A stretch of DNA of 64,000 bases from Emiliania huxleyi CCMP1516. Its lineage: Eukaryota. How positions within the stretch are numbered: the first letter of the stretch is position 1; each line of letters opens with the position of its first letter. Location: NCBI RefSeq assembly GCF_000372725.1, contig NW_005201287.1, positions 1 to 64,000 of the forward strand. Direction: 5' to 3'. Below, piece after piece: positions 10,759 through 22,942 of this stretch. The notes below the pieces were generated by a model. That model searched no databases. It saw nothing but the letters and a program-made list of their open reading frames with translations, and was not told the origin of the DNA. The position numbers and the translations under genes are program-made.

Positions 10759-10808
10759 GTACTAGCAGGCTGGCTCGCTACCTAGGTCGTGCTCGCCGGG
10801 CCCGCGCA

Positions 10809-12277
10809 GGGTTCCGGCTCCTACCCAGATAGGGGGTCTTCAGTAAACGCACAACTCCGGCCCAAGACGCACAAGCACAGACAGTCGAGAAGGGGGAGAG
10901 ACAGCAACGACAGTCAGAAGTCAGCGCTGGGTCCCAGGAAGGCGACTGCGATGACGGCCTCTAGTGTGAGCTCTAGCTAGTGAGCTCATACGCACGCCGG
11001 CAGATCGCGACTATATACAGCTAGTTAAGAGCCGACCGACCCTCGCGTCCGGTGCTCACCGACGGCCGGGCGGGCCGCCCGCCCACGCGCCGCCTACGCG
11101 CAGCGCGTGCGCCGCAAACTCGCCCGCCGACAGCGCTGGCCAGTCTCCATCGGCCGTCGCGAGAGGCCTGCCCGGCTGTCGCCGCGGGGCCCCCACGAAC
11201 ACCACGCGTCGGATGCGGTGCCGCGCGAACTCGCGCGCAAAGTGCACGCCCCACGCCCGCCGCAGCGTCGTAGCGAAGTAGGACCGCGCCTCCTTCGCGC
11301 TACGCGCGCCGATCCGCCTCCAGTGCTGCTTGGATGCCGACTCCACCACACAGTCGAACAGCTGGTGCAGGTCGTCCGACGCCTCCGCGTAGGCCCCGAC
11401 AACGAGGCTGCGCACGGTGCCAAACGAGCGCAGCACGGAGGAAACGGCGTCCCTCGAGCCGTTGTTCCATGCCTGCACGTGCGGCTTGGCATCGAGCGCC
11501 GCCGCCCGCGCCTCGTAGTCGCGCTGGACAAGGTTCGCCCTGTCGGCGACAGCGCCGCCCTGGCCATCGTCGCGCGCCCGAGCGCTCATGTAGTGAGGCC
11601 CGCCGCGGTGGATGGTCTTGCCCTCGAGGAGGTGCTCCGCCGGCGGCTGCTCGGGCCCGCGCTGCACTGTCGTGCCGCGCCACCGGACAGACGGATGCGC
11701 CTGGCCTCGTGTGCCCGTGCAGCGCGCCGTGCGGGACTCGCGCAGCTTGCAGTGCAGGCGCCCATCCGGCACGATGCCGTTCTTGCCGCGCGTGCCAGCG
11801 GTGCCGTTGAGTGTGACAGGCGGGATGACGGCGCTGAAGATCTCGCGCGGTCTTCACACTGAGTCGCGCCAAAAACGCCCTACCTACCTACCTATTGCGG
11901 GCGCCAACCGCCAGGCTCCGTGCCCCACCTACCTACCTATTGCGGGGCCGCGCAGCGAAGCGAAAAATACCCGTTTAGCCCTTCTGTGAATAGGCTCCGC
12001 GGGCGCCGCCGCCGCACCCGTCTCGGCTGGCGTCCCAGCCGCAGGCGACTCGTCTGGCATGGCCCGTTCGCGGCTAGCCGTCTCCCGCGCGAGCGAAGCG
12101 GTTTTTTAAACCCCTCCCCCCCAACACCCCCACCCCCACCCCACCACCACCACCTACCTACCTATTGCGGGGCCCTCTGGGGCGGTCAAAAGCGGACCTA
12201 CCTACCTACCTATTGCATACAACTGTAGGGGCCAGCCAGTGTGGACAGACCCCCTATCTGGGTAGGAGCCGGAACCC
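10809..12277. mobile_element. TIR-bounded element with a perfect 31-bp inverted repeat
   Basis: GGGTTCCGGCTCCTACCCAGATAGGGGGTCT at 10809-10839 and its reverse complement at 12247-12277; four internal CCTACCTACCTATTGC motifs; no TSD found. Confidence 0.7.
11056..11856 (-). pseudogene. 5'-truncated C-terminal restriction-like endonuclease domain of a CRE/R2-type non-LTR retrotransposon
   Basis: GIVPDG...LLEGKT (PD-D/ExK) followed by LVVGAYAEAS; no RT domain and no start codon. Confidence 0.7.
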
Positions 12278-13316
12278 AGCACGCGCGGGCCTTTTGCTTG
12301 TGGTTGATAAGGTGGCACCTTCGCCCTTGCGTTTCTTTTCTTTATAGGCTGTCCTCCTTTTTGCTTTTAAGTTTTGACCCCCCGCTAAACGCGCGAGGCG
12401 GTGGCGGCGGTGGTGCGGGGGATTGACAGGGGAGGCGGCGGGATTGACAGGGGATGGAGAGCCGCCTCGAACGCGGCACTGCCTTTGCCGGCGGCGCGCA
12501 GCCGGAGCCGCAGGCCACCCCTCCGCTGCTCCCCTTGTCCGAACAGCCTCGACTAGATCCCCGATCGGACGCCGCGCGTCTGAGACGCGGGCGCCTTGCG
12601 GGCAGAGCCCTTAGGCTTAGCCACCCTTTATCTTGCGCGGTCAAAACTACCGAATCCATACTTCCGGGCCTGGGTTCGGGCTCCGCCGTGCGTGTGGGGG
12701 TGCTGTCGGAAGTGCTTTGCGCACTTGGAGCACTTGGAGTGCAGTCATTAACCGCACATCCAGGGCCGGGGAGCTAAGAAGCGCACCCAGCGGGCCGGAT
12801 GATTGGCATCGGGTTGCGGGCAAGAGAGCCCTAGCCCTGGGGGTGCGCGTTCGCAGGGCAAGGGCGCCGTAAAGTAAACACGGGTCTCCGAGGGTTAGCC
12901 CCGCGTACCGGGTTTCCCCTTAACTGCAGGACGCCCCCTCTACTCGGAGCTAATGAACACCACACTGCACGCCCCACACCACCGCTCTACACTCACTTGC
13001 GCAGACACTCGAGTAGACCCGCTGAGGGCTCACCCCTCGTCTTCCCAGGGTCCCGACCTTCCTTGATTCGCTCTCTTGCTCGTCTCCCGAGCGTTATGCG
13101 ACGACCGGTATGGTCGTTTCCCTCGTTGTTGGTGTCGCTTTCTCCGCTGCCGCCCTTCGTCTTCGCCAGCTTCTCCCGGCTCCACCGCTTTTCGCGGGAT
13201 TTTTTTCTTTTCTGGCCTTCTGCTCGCTCGTCGACGCGCCTTCTTCGCGCACTCTTGTTCGCCTGCACGCTCGAGTCGCCTTCCACCCCGGCAGCCGCGC
13301 AGCCTCGCACACCCGG

Positions 13317-13912
13317 ATGGGCAAGAAGGGCGGGAGGGGCGGCCGCAAGGTTGGCGGCGGCGGCCGGCGCCACGCAAACAAGGACCACCGCCAGTCCGGC
13401 CTCAAGCACACCGTCAACAAGGGGCGGTGGGACGACATCTGCGCGCGACAGCTGGCGCCCGGTGTGGCGGAGAAGGTGCTCGCCGAAAAAACCGTGCCCG
13501 ACCCAGACCTGCCAGGACTGGGGCAGTACTTTTGCATAGCTTGCAGGCACGCCGGACCCGCCCCGCCCTCGCGCCACGCGCGGCCGCCGCCTGGCCGTTT
13601 CCCGTTCCCGCGAGCCAGCGGTGGCAGCAGGGTGCTCACCACGTGCTCCGCGCCCCGCCGCCGCAGCAAGTACTGCATCTCCGCCCAGGCGCTGGCAGAC
13701 CACCAGAGGACGCCGAAGCACAGGCGCGCCGAAACAGAGTCTCGACGCAGGCCCAACCGCCTTCTTCGCTGATCTCCCGGCGTGCTCTCAGGCGACGAAC
13801 AAAAACATTGACAACGGAGAAGATATACGATCATGCCGAGGCGAACGCTGGTGCCGGCCGCGGGTCCATAGACAACGGCTTGCAGGAGCGTGAGGGAATG
13901 GCGGTCGAGTGA
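13317..13912 (+). CDS. BUD20: BUD20/ZNF593 C2H2 zinc-finger ribosome biogenesis factor (3 exons)
   Basis: DPDLPGLGQYFCIAC-SKY...LADHQRTPKHRRR...YDHAEANAGAG; exons 13317-13546, 13667-13723, 13792-13912 joined by GC-AG introns. Confidence 0.9.
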
Positions 13913-14642
13913 TGCACGCATGTGCAGTATTTGCACGGCGGCGCCGCTGTGCTGGGACGACGTGGGGCTGTGACCCATGCGATTTTGCGGCAACTTGCGG
14001 TGTGTACGGTCAACACGCCGGCGGGTCTCGTGTTGCGAGGAGTAGACGCCGGACACGGCTCCCTCTCCGGACTCCGCTTCGAGGAGATTGGCGCCGTTCC
14101 CGTACTGGCAGCGGTCGGCGTGTGCAGTGTCCCGACACGCGCCGCACCGCCGGTCACATGCGTATACGGTCGTCGCATGGTGATTGGCCGTACATTTCAG
14201 TCTTCACCCTGTCCCTATTCCTATGTGTGACGAGATTTTTTGCCCCCCCAAGGGCTCTCCCGTTTCTCTACATACATATCTAACCACGTACAAGGGCTGG
14301 GAGAACGGGCACTACCAGTACCACCGCAATAGCGCCGCCCTGGTGCGGTGTGCACTGGCCACTTCCGTTGCGCCGCCGGCCCAAGGCCAAGCGGTTGACT
14401 CCCGACTGCCAGTCAGTCCGGGCTGCAACCGCACCGGCTGCCCTGCCCGGCAGGCGCTGCCGCGCCCCGCCGGCGCCAGGCCCCAAGCGCACACTCGCCC
14501 CGCGCACACGCTCCCAGCCGACTCCTTCCGCGCCACACACCGCAGAGGGGGCCTAAACACACACACACACACACACACGCCCACAGCGCATACGAGGGCG
14601 CGAAGGAATCAGAGAGACTCGCAGCAGGTTCAACAGCCAGGC

Positions 14643-15353
14643 CTAGCCGGGAGCTGGAGAGCTCTGCTCGGGCGCCCCTCCCGCCGCCGGCCCTCCCGCC
14701 GCCGCCCCTGCGGGCGCCGGCTCGGCCGCCGGCGCCCCTCTGGGCCCTCCGAAGGCGCGGTCGACGATCGCCTCAACGGGGTGATCGAACAGGACCGGCA
14801 CCAGAGGTATGCACGCGATGCCGCAGCCGGTCGGCACCCAGCGCCGCCAGCCGAGGAGGTGGGGCGGGGACGCGTAGCCGAGCCTCGCGTGGAGGAGCAC
14901 GTGCTGCGCCGCGTGCACGACCGAGTGGATGAACGCGGCAGGCAGCAGCATCGTCGCCACCGCCTGGAAGGTGGAGGCGTGCAGCACGGCGCGCCGAACG
15001 GCGCGGGCCGACGGCGTGAGATCGTGCACCTCGAAGCCGTGGATGACGACGTCCAGCGTCACGTAGAGCCACGAGACGAGATACGAGGCGCTCACCCATG
15101 CCGACGCCACGACCGGGCGCAGCGACTCGCCCAGCTCAGAGGTGAAGGCGGTGAGGCGATAGTGGGTGAGGAACCAGCGCAGCCGCCGCCGCAGCTCGAC
15201 GCCAAGGGGCGGGAGCGGACGCGAGGGAGGCTCCGCCACCGGCTCCGGCGCGGCTCTGCAGAGCGTCTGATCGGGCGAGTCGTCCTGCGGCGGCAGCGCG
15301 CACCGACTCGGCACGGCGAGCAGAAGCAGCAGTAGGCGCCATTGTCGAGGCAT
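14643..15353 (-). CDS. MTFP1: Mitochondrial fission process protein 1 (MTP18) family
   Basis: AFTSELGESLRPVV, SYLVSWLYVTLD, FQAVATMLLPAAFIHSVV, WVPTGCGIACIP...DHPVE. Confidence 0.85.
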   Translation of the reverse strand: MPRQWRLLLLLLAVPSRCALPPQDDSPDQTLCRAAPEPVAEPPSRPLPPLGVELRRRLRWFLTHYRLTAFTSELGESLRPVVASAWVSASYLVSWLYVTLDVVIHGFEVHDLTPSARAVRRAVLHASTFQAVATMLLPAAFIHSVVHAAQHVLLHARLGYASPPHLLGWRRWVPTGCGIACIPLVPVLFDHPVEAIVDRAFGGPRGAPAAEPAPAGAAAGGPAAGGAPEQSSPAPG

Positions 15354-16810
15354 GTGGAGAGTGGCGCGGCAGGACGCGCGGCGTCTCCTCGCTCTCGACC
15401 CGAGCGCGTGGCGCGCGCTCTGCCCGACCGAGCCGTCTATCTCACCACTCCCCAAAATAACGCGCCTGAGGAGAGCTGGGAATAGGACCGCCGCAAGCGG
15501 CGTGGCGTGGAGCGGTTGAGCATCCCTCCGGGGGCCCCTCTGCGCCGGGGAGGCGTTGTTGGAGGCTAGGACGCAAGAGCGTCTGTCGCCCTTTTCAAAC
15601 TCGGGGCCCACTCCGCTACCTACGGGCTAGGCTACGGCCTACGCTCCGACCCGACCGAATTTGGAGGGCCTAAAAGTTTAAGGTCATTCACGGGTGTCCG
15701 CGGCCCACTGTGACCGCTGGTGGACAGTGACCGCCGCAAACCCTGTGTTCAGCTCCACGGTCGGATATTTTTGTAGGCACCGGAACGCAAGAAAAAAAAC
15801 TAGAACAAAATAGTTGTTTGGTATTGCTAAAAATCTCTCTCTCTCTAAAAACTAGTATGTCTTCGAGTGAAAAGTAATCCGAGCAAACCCGCGGCCGCAA
15901 TGAATTAACAGGGGCGGTTTTCGAGGGGGAATCTGGAGAATCTCGAATCTGGGAATCGGCTCACCACGGATCCCCACCTCATCGAAAAACTTTTCACTCC
16001 AAGACATACTAGTTTTTTAAGGTGATCTACAACCAAAAGATTTAGGGCCCTTAAGGCCGGATACGGGACCTTGAGGATTTCTCGTGTACTTTGAGGATTC
16101 TTCTCTGCTCCAAACTGCTCGTCGTGCTGACCGGCTGAACCGCCAATATTTACTGCATCGACAACCCCAGGCACTCGCGCGCAACATTTCTAGCTTGGGA
16201 AAAGAGAAAGCGCGCTGAAACGTAACAAATTCGGCCAAATTCGGCCGGCGGATGATCACGCGCAGCCGACCTGTTTGTTATGCTGACGCGACTCGGTCTG
16301 TTGCTCTTGTGAGTGTGCGGCGGATGTCGCACTCGCACCAAAGGATATGTGCACGCTGTCAGACCTTGTCGGCCGGCCCCGCCTGGTCGGCGGATCTCAG
16401 ACACACTCTGAATCGCGGCAGTCAGCACCGCGCGACCTTCTTGGCGCCTGGAATCGCGACGGTCTGCTCCTGGCACGACCTCGGGGTCTAGCTGCGGCGT
16501 AGCGCCGTCTCCCCACAGGCTCGGAGTCCGTGTAGCGTCACGATGGTCGGATAGTGAAGGGCTCTCCGACAGTGAGGACGAGGACGCGTGGAGTGAATGT
16601 GGAGAGAACTCAGGCAGAAGCGATGGCAGCGAGGAAGAGGAAGAGTAGAGGGAGAAGAAGCCGAAGACGGCCGCTCCTAAGCTCTGGACGAAGGAGCAGG
16701 AAGCGAAGGCGGCGGAGGCGGAGGCAGCGAGGTCGGCGGCGAAGGCGAGGGCGGCACAAGCGGCGGCAGCAAAGGCGGAGGCAGAGGCGGCGAAGGCAGA
16801 GGCGGAGGCG

Positions 16811-17854
16811 GAGAAGGCAAAGTCCAAGGCGAAGGCAGCAAAGGAGCTGGCCGCCAGCAGCGATGGCAGTGACAGTGGGCGCAAGGCGGCAAAGAAGAAG
16901 AAGGAGGGCAAGAAGGCGGCGAGGAAGCCGGCGAGGAAGCCGGCAAGCAGCAGCAGCAGCAGTGACCGTGACAGCGATGCCAGGGAGAAAAAGAAGTTCC
17001 GCTCCAAGGGGAAGGTTGAGACGTGAAGCAGGGCGAACTCCTGGCTCTTCACGGCGAACGGGATCCCCTTCGGGCCCTGTTCACGCGCGCGGGAGACGTG
17101 CAGACAGGGTTGCCAGGTGAGAGCCGCCCTGTTCACGCGCGCGCGAGCGCGAGACGTGCAGACAGGGTTGCCAGGTGAGAGCGAATGGCGCGGTTCACGC
17201 CTCGCACAACCTAGAGAGAGAGATGCTCTCTTTGCATGGTGGGACATAAGAGAGCGAGTACTTGAACTTGGGCGAGTAGGCCGTGCGGTCGTCGCTGCCG
17301 CGCGCGACCTTGCGCGTTTGTTTTTTGATGTTTTTGAGAAGGCAAAGTCCAAGGCGAAGGCAGCAAAGGAGCTGGCCGCCAGCAGCGATGGCAGTGACAG
17401 TGGGCGCAAGGCGGCAAAGAAGAAGAAGGAGGGCAAGAAGGCGGCGAGGAAGCCGGCGAGGAAGCCGGCAAGCAGCAGCAGCAGCAGTGACCGTGACAGC
17501 GATGCCAGGGAGAAAAAGAAGTTCCGCTCCAAGGGGAAGGTTGAGACGTGAAGCAGGGCGAACTCCTGGCTCTTCACGGCGAACGGGATCCCCTTCGGGC
17601 CCTGTTCACGCGCGCGGGAGACGTGCAGACAGGGTTGCCAGGTGAGAGCCGCCCTGTTCACGCGCGCGCGAGCGCGAGACGTGCAGACAGGGTTGCCAGG
17701 TGAGAGCGAATGGCGCGGTTCACGCCTCGCACAACCTAGAGAGAGAGATGCTCTCTTTGCATGGTGGGACATAAGAGAGCGAGTACTTGAACTTGGGCGA
17801 GTAGGCCGTGCGGTCGTCGCTGCCGCGCGCGACCTTGCGCGTTTGTTTTTTGAT
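16811..17854. repeat. 525-bp tandem duplication
   Basis: 16811-17329 is essentially identical to 17336-17854; covers a Lys/Ala/Ser-rich coding-like tail and its downstream sequence. Confidence 0.9.
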
Positions 17855-18303
17855 CAGATGTTTTTGTTTGACAGGAACGGAACAGAACACACAGACGTCA
17901 TTTGGGGTTGTTTGTTTGTGTTGGAAGGAGAGAGAGTGGGAGAAAAAACATGCACACGCACATGTACAACATGCACATGGCATGTGCATGTGTCATGTGC
18001 AGAGAGAGAGAGATTTTTAGCAATACCAAACAAATCTAACACTTTGTTTGTTTTTTGCATGTGCAGAGAGAGATTTTTAGCAATACCAAACAACTCTAAC
18101 ACTCACACGTAATTTGGGGCCTGGAGCCCTGTTCTGGTGTTCACGCGCGCGCGAGACGTGCAGACAGGGGTTATGACATGCACATGTTACATGTTGTTCT
18201 CACATTTCCGGAAACGCAAAGAAAGTGCTGGTCCTCTGGTTTGTTTCCCTCGCTCTGGGTTGCCGGAACAGGCCAACGTCAATTCTGTCCTCGCCAAGGA
18301 GCG

Positions 18304-20848
18304 ACTAGTTTCACTCGGATTCACTCCTATGCACCTTCGGTGAGGGTACATTGGCGCGTAAAAGGAGAGTCACGGAATCGCGCGCGCCTCCACCAGGAAG
18401 GGCTACGCAGTATCCTGACATCCCCTGGGATCCTGCCACTGAAGGCGGAGGGTTGGGACTCAAACGGCTTGGGTTGCTACAGGTACGGAGGGGACCTCAA
18501 CGTCCTGTAGCCGCCCGCGGCGCCGTAAGGGATCGCACCTCGGACCAGATAGAGAGAACCACACCCCAAAGCCAGAGAGTAGGCAGGATAGGGTGGGTGG
18601 GGAGAAGAAAGAACTGGTGCAGCCGAAGGGCTGGCGCAGTAGGAAGGAGAGCCTGGCGCGGCCAAGGACGAGGAGCGGCGTCATGGCCAGGTGAGCAGGA
18701 GAGAGCAGCGGAAGCCGCGCTCATCAGAGCAGCGAGCGGGCGGGAGCGCCCGACACGCACGGAAGTTCAAACTTCCGTAAAAGATGAAGTAAAAGATGTC
18801 CACGGAGAGTCCGTGAAGGACGCAGAGGCAGAAGAAGAGGTAGGAGAGGAGAGGATCTCCGTGAGTCTCCTGCGGGAAACTAGTGGCCTATCACGAGTTA
18901 GGGCCCCTACCCCAATCGTTATCGGCGAACTAGTTTCACTCGGATTCACTCCTATGCACCTTCGGTGAGGGTACATTGGCGCGTAAAAGGAGAGTCACGG
19001 AATCGCGCGCGCCTCCACCAGGAAGGGCTACGCAGTATCCTGACATCCCAACGCGCAGTGGAGGAGGAGCGAGGGCAGGTGGCCCGGAAAGCCCAATGAA
19101 CCCCACAGAAGGGGCAACTGGCCGTGGCATGGAGCCACAGAGGCGACAGCCAAATCACGAGAGGGGTGAGGCCGGTCGCCGAACGTCCAGAGACCGCCGG
19201 GAATCGAGCCACCACCGTCAAGGCGGCGAGGGAGAGAGCACCACCCCACACCGCCGTCGAGGCGGCGAGGGAGAAGCCTAGAGAGAGGCGGAGGCAGGAG
19301 CCGAGAGCCGGCCACCACTCCGCGCCGCCGTCGCGGCGGCGAGGGAGAAGCCTAGAGAGAGGCGGAAGCGGCAGCCGAGAGCCGACCGTCGCTCCGCGCC
19401 GCCGACAAGGCGGCGAGGGAGATGCCCAGAGAGAGGTGGAGGTACGACCGGGAGCCGGCTACCACTCCGCGCCGCCGTCGAGGCGGCGAGGGAGAAGCCT
19501 AGGGAGAGGCGGAGGCGGCAGCCGAGAGCCGACCACCACTCCGTGCCGCCGTCGAGGCGGCGAGGGAGAAACCTAGAGAGAGGCGGAGGCACGGCCGAGA
19601 GCCGACCACCACTCCGCGCCGCCGTCTAGGCGGCGAGGGAGAGGCCTAGAGAGAGGCGGAGGCACGGCCGAGAGCCGACCACCACTCCTCGCCGCCGTCG
19701 AGGCGGCGAGGGAGAAACCTAGAGAGAGGCGGAGGCGACAGCCGAGAGCCGACCGTCACTCCACGCCGCCGTCGAGGAGGCGAGGGAAAAGCATAGAGAG
19801 AGGCGGCGGCAGCCGAGAGCCGACCACCACTCCGCGCCGCCGACAAGGCGGAGAGGGAGAAGCCTAGAGAGAGGCGGAGGCGACAGCCGAGAGCCGAGCG
19901 TCACTCCACGCCGCCGTCGAGGAGGCGAGGGAGAAGCCTAGACAGAGGCGGAGGCGGCAACAAGAGCCGACCACCACTCCGCGCCGCCGACAAGGCGGAG
20001 AGGGACACACAAGACGAGACTCGAGTAGAAGAGGAGCGAGGCGAGGCTCACTCGAGAGGGAAGGCAGCAGTGACAGCTGGCCGCCCACCACGCCGCCCAC
20101 GAGGAGGCACACGAGACGAGGCTCGAGTAGAAGAGGAGCGAGGCGAGGCTCACTCAAGAGGGAAGGCAGCAGTGACAGCTGGCCGCCCGCCACGCCGCCC
20201 ACGAGGCGGCACTGGGGTGCTGCCTGGAAAGGAGATATCCCAGAGCCACCTGAGCGCAGAGCTCAGCCACATCTGCAGCACGAGGCCGGAGAGAAGAGAG
20301 AGGCACGCCACGAGTTGAGATGCAACAGCATTCCTCAGAGCGGGCTGTGGAGCCACCGACTCAGGTCTCCAGGTGGACGAGGCCGCTGTGGCAGGGCCGA
20401 GGCGACCGCAGAGCATCGCAGGCAAGCAGATGAGGCCATCGCCCATCGTGCACTGCTGCCAAGGACAGTCGCCAGCAACAGCAACAATGGCGCAGACGCA
20501 CAGATCCTGCACGGAGAAGAAAGAACTGGTGCAGCCGAAGGGCTGGCGCAGTAGGAAGGAGAGCCTGGCGCGGCCAAGGACGAGGAGCGGCGTCATGGCC
20601 AGGTGAGCAGGAGAGAGCAGCGGAAGCCGCGCTCATCAGAGCAGCGAGCGGGCGGGGGGCGGGAGCGCCCGACACGCACGGAAGTTCAAACTTCCGTAAA
20701 AGATGAAGTAAAAGATGTCCACGGAGAGTCCGTGAAGGACGCAGAGGCAGAAGAAGAGGTAGGAGAGGAGAGGATCTCCGTGAGTCTCCTGCGGGAAACT
20801 AGTGGCCTATCACGAGTTAGGGCCCCTACCCCAATCGTTATCGGCGAA
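18304..20848 (-). mobile_element. Non-autonomous split-direct-repeat (Ngaro/PAT-type DIRS) retroelement
   Basis: Repeat X at 18304-18424 = 18929-19049; repeat Y at 18601-18929 = 20513-20848; minus-strand order A1-body-B1-A2-B2; no TSD. Confidence 0.75.
19205..20210. repeat. ~73-74-bp minisatellite (about 10 units) plus a 102-bp duplicated unit
   Basis: GAGAAGCCTAGAGAGAGGCGG recurs at 19271, 19345, 19419, 19492 and onward; 20012 and 20114 are copies. Confidence 0.85.
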
Positions 20849-20949
20849 GAAAGAAAAGAAAAAGCTGCGCCCGCGCGCGCGCCTTTCACTTCACCACCGC
20901 CACGTGCAGCCAATCCACAGTACAGGACATCCACGGCACTTTTGCCGCC

Positions 20950-22470
20950 ATGGTCAGCTTCACCGGCTGGGTGGCCCTCGCCACGTTTGTGGCGCAGAAC
21001 ACCGCCGCCGCGCTGCTGATGCGCTACGCGAAGACGCGCATGGAGCCGTACAACTCTGCAGTCGCCGTCCTGCTTCAGGAGGTCGCGCTCAAGCTGCCCA
21101 TCTCGGTCGTGCTCTTCGCCGTCGAGTGCGGCGGCTTCGGCCAGATGGTGCAGAAGATCCGCCGCGACTTCAGCGAGCGGCCGCTGGAGTGGGCCCAGCT
21201 CTCCGTGCCCGCTCTCCTCTACCTCGTCACAAACATCTCCGTCTATGTCGGCTATGACAACTTGGAGGTGCCCTCGAGAGGCGCCGCCGGCGCTCGCGCG
21301 CGGCCCCGACGCGCCGAGCGCGCGCCTCGCATGCCCACAGGCCGCGCTCGGGATGGTGATGTACCAGAGCAAGATTGTCTTCACCGCCATCTTCTCGGTC
21401 ACGCTGCTCAACAAGAAGATCTCAGTCAACCAGTGGTGCGGCGGCGGCGCGCCCGCTCGCGCGCTCTCGCCGGGCCGGCGCGTGAGGAACGCCGCTCTGC
21501 CCACAGGTGCGCCGTTTTCGTCCTCGTCCTCGGCGTCATCGCGGCGCAGGGCCTCCTCTTCCCGCAGCCCGCGCCAGAGGCGCACGCCCACCACGGGCAC
21601 GGGCACGGCAAGCACGGCGGCGGCAGGAGCCTGGCGGCGGCGGCGGAGAAGAACCGGGTGGTGGGGATGGGCGCCTTCCTCCTCGCGGCCGTGTGCACCT
21701 CGTTCGCCTCCGTCTACTTTGAGAAGATGATCAAGTCGGACTCGAAGCCGTCGCTGTGGCTCCGCAACCTGCAGCTCGCAATGTACTCGGGTGAGGGGGG
21801 CAGGGGTAGGGCTGGTCGCTGCGCCTCTACCAACCTGCGGCCGGCCCGCGGCCCGCGCCCTCCCCTCCCTCCCGCCTCACCGGCCGGGTGGCCGAGCAGG
21901 CGTCATCGCCGTCGCCGGCCTCCTGATCAACGACTACGACGAGATTGCGAGGCAGGGCCCGCTGCACGGCTTCGGCTTCTGGACCTGGTGCGCGGTCCTC
22001 AACAACGCGCTGGGCGGGCTGCTCGTCGCTGTCATCATCAAGTGCGCTAGCACACGCCCCGAGCCCCGCTGGGCCCCGCTGGCCCCGCTGGCCCCCGCCC
22101 GGCGCGCCCACCCCGTGCATGCTTCGCCTGCTTCAGGTACGCCGACAACATCCTCCGCTCCTTCGCGCAGGGCCTCGCCATCGTCTCGGGCGCCGTGGGC
22201 TCGTACCTGCTCTTCGACTTTCAGATCACGGCGCAGTTCATGCTCGGCGTCGTGCTCGTCATCGGCGCCGTCTTTCTGTACGGAGCCCAGGCCAGCACAC
22301 CCACCGAGCTGTGCGAGCAGCTGGCGCTCAGCTGCCTCGCGAGCGTCGCCCCCTCGCGAGGCGACAGCGCCCTCAGCGACGCCAGCGCGGACGCGCCGCT
22401 AAAGCCGGCTGCGTATGCGTCGGTGCAGCCAACGGAACCGCACACGGCAGACGAGGTGGAGGAGCCCTGA
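20950..22470 (+). CDS. Nucleotide-sugar transporter, SLC35A (UDP-Gal/CMP-sialic acid type), 5 exons
   Basis: QNTAAALLMRY, VPALLY, YQSKIVFTAIFS, FASVYFEKMIK, SLWLRNLQL, GGLLVAVIIK-YADNILRSF; four GT-AG introns. Confidence 0.92.
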
Positions 22471-22942
22471 CTGACCTCGCCAGGAGCTCGCCCGCCGGCG
22501 GTGGCCGCAACGGCAGCAAAGCACCACGACCCCTGCAGTGCGGGCCACGCGACCCCCGCGCTGCATCCCCGCGCATGCCGCTGCGCCGATCAGCACGAGG
22601 TTTGTGTGCATGTGGTTGCAGGAGCTCGCCGCCGCGCGCCCCCCTACTGCTGCCTTGTGGACTCTACCTGTGTGTAATGGGGGGAGTTGATTGTGCTGAC
22701 AAACAATGACGTGTGAGTGTGAAGTTGTTTGGTATGCAAATCGATCTAAAAATATCTCTCATTGTGCTGAAACCCAACCCCAGCAGCAGGGCCAGGGGTA
22801 GGAATCCTGGGACCTAGCAGCCGAAACGCGAAAACCGACGGAGGCGGCGGGCCCAGACTCTCTTACAACGGATGGTTTTAAAGAAACGGTGCCGCGGCGC
22901 CGACTCTTTGCGCCGCGATCGCGGTCTGCCGGAGTCACAGCA

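Noticed and set aside
12300..13200. LTR or DIRS repeat
   Set aside because: No second copy or diagnostic termini in the window
16150..17772. 540-aa minus-strand ORF
   Set aside because: Antisense shadow of low-complexity sequence, lengthened by the 525-bp duplication
19205..20000. ~74-bp periodic array as a CRISPR array or repeat protein
   Set aside because: Whole units are repeated without spacers, and recurring TAG stops break the frames
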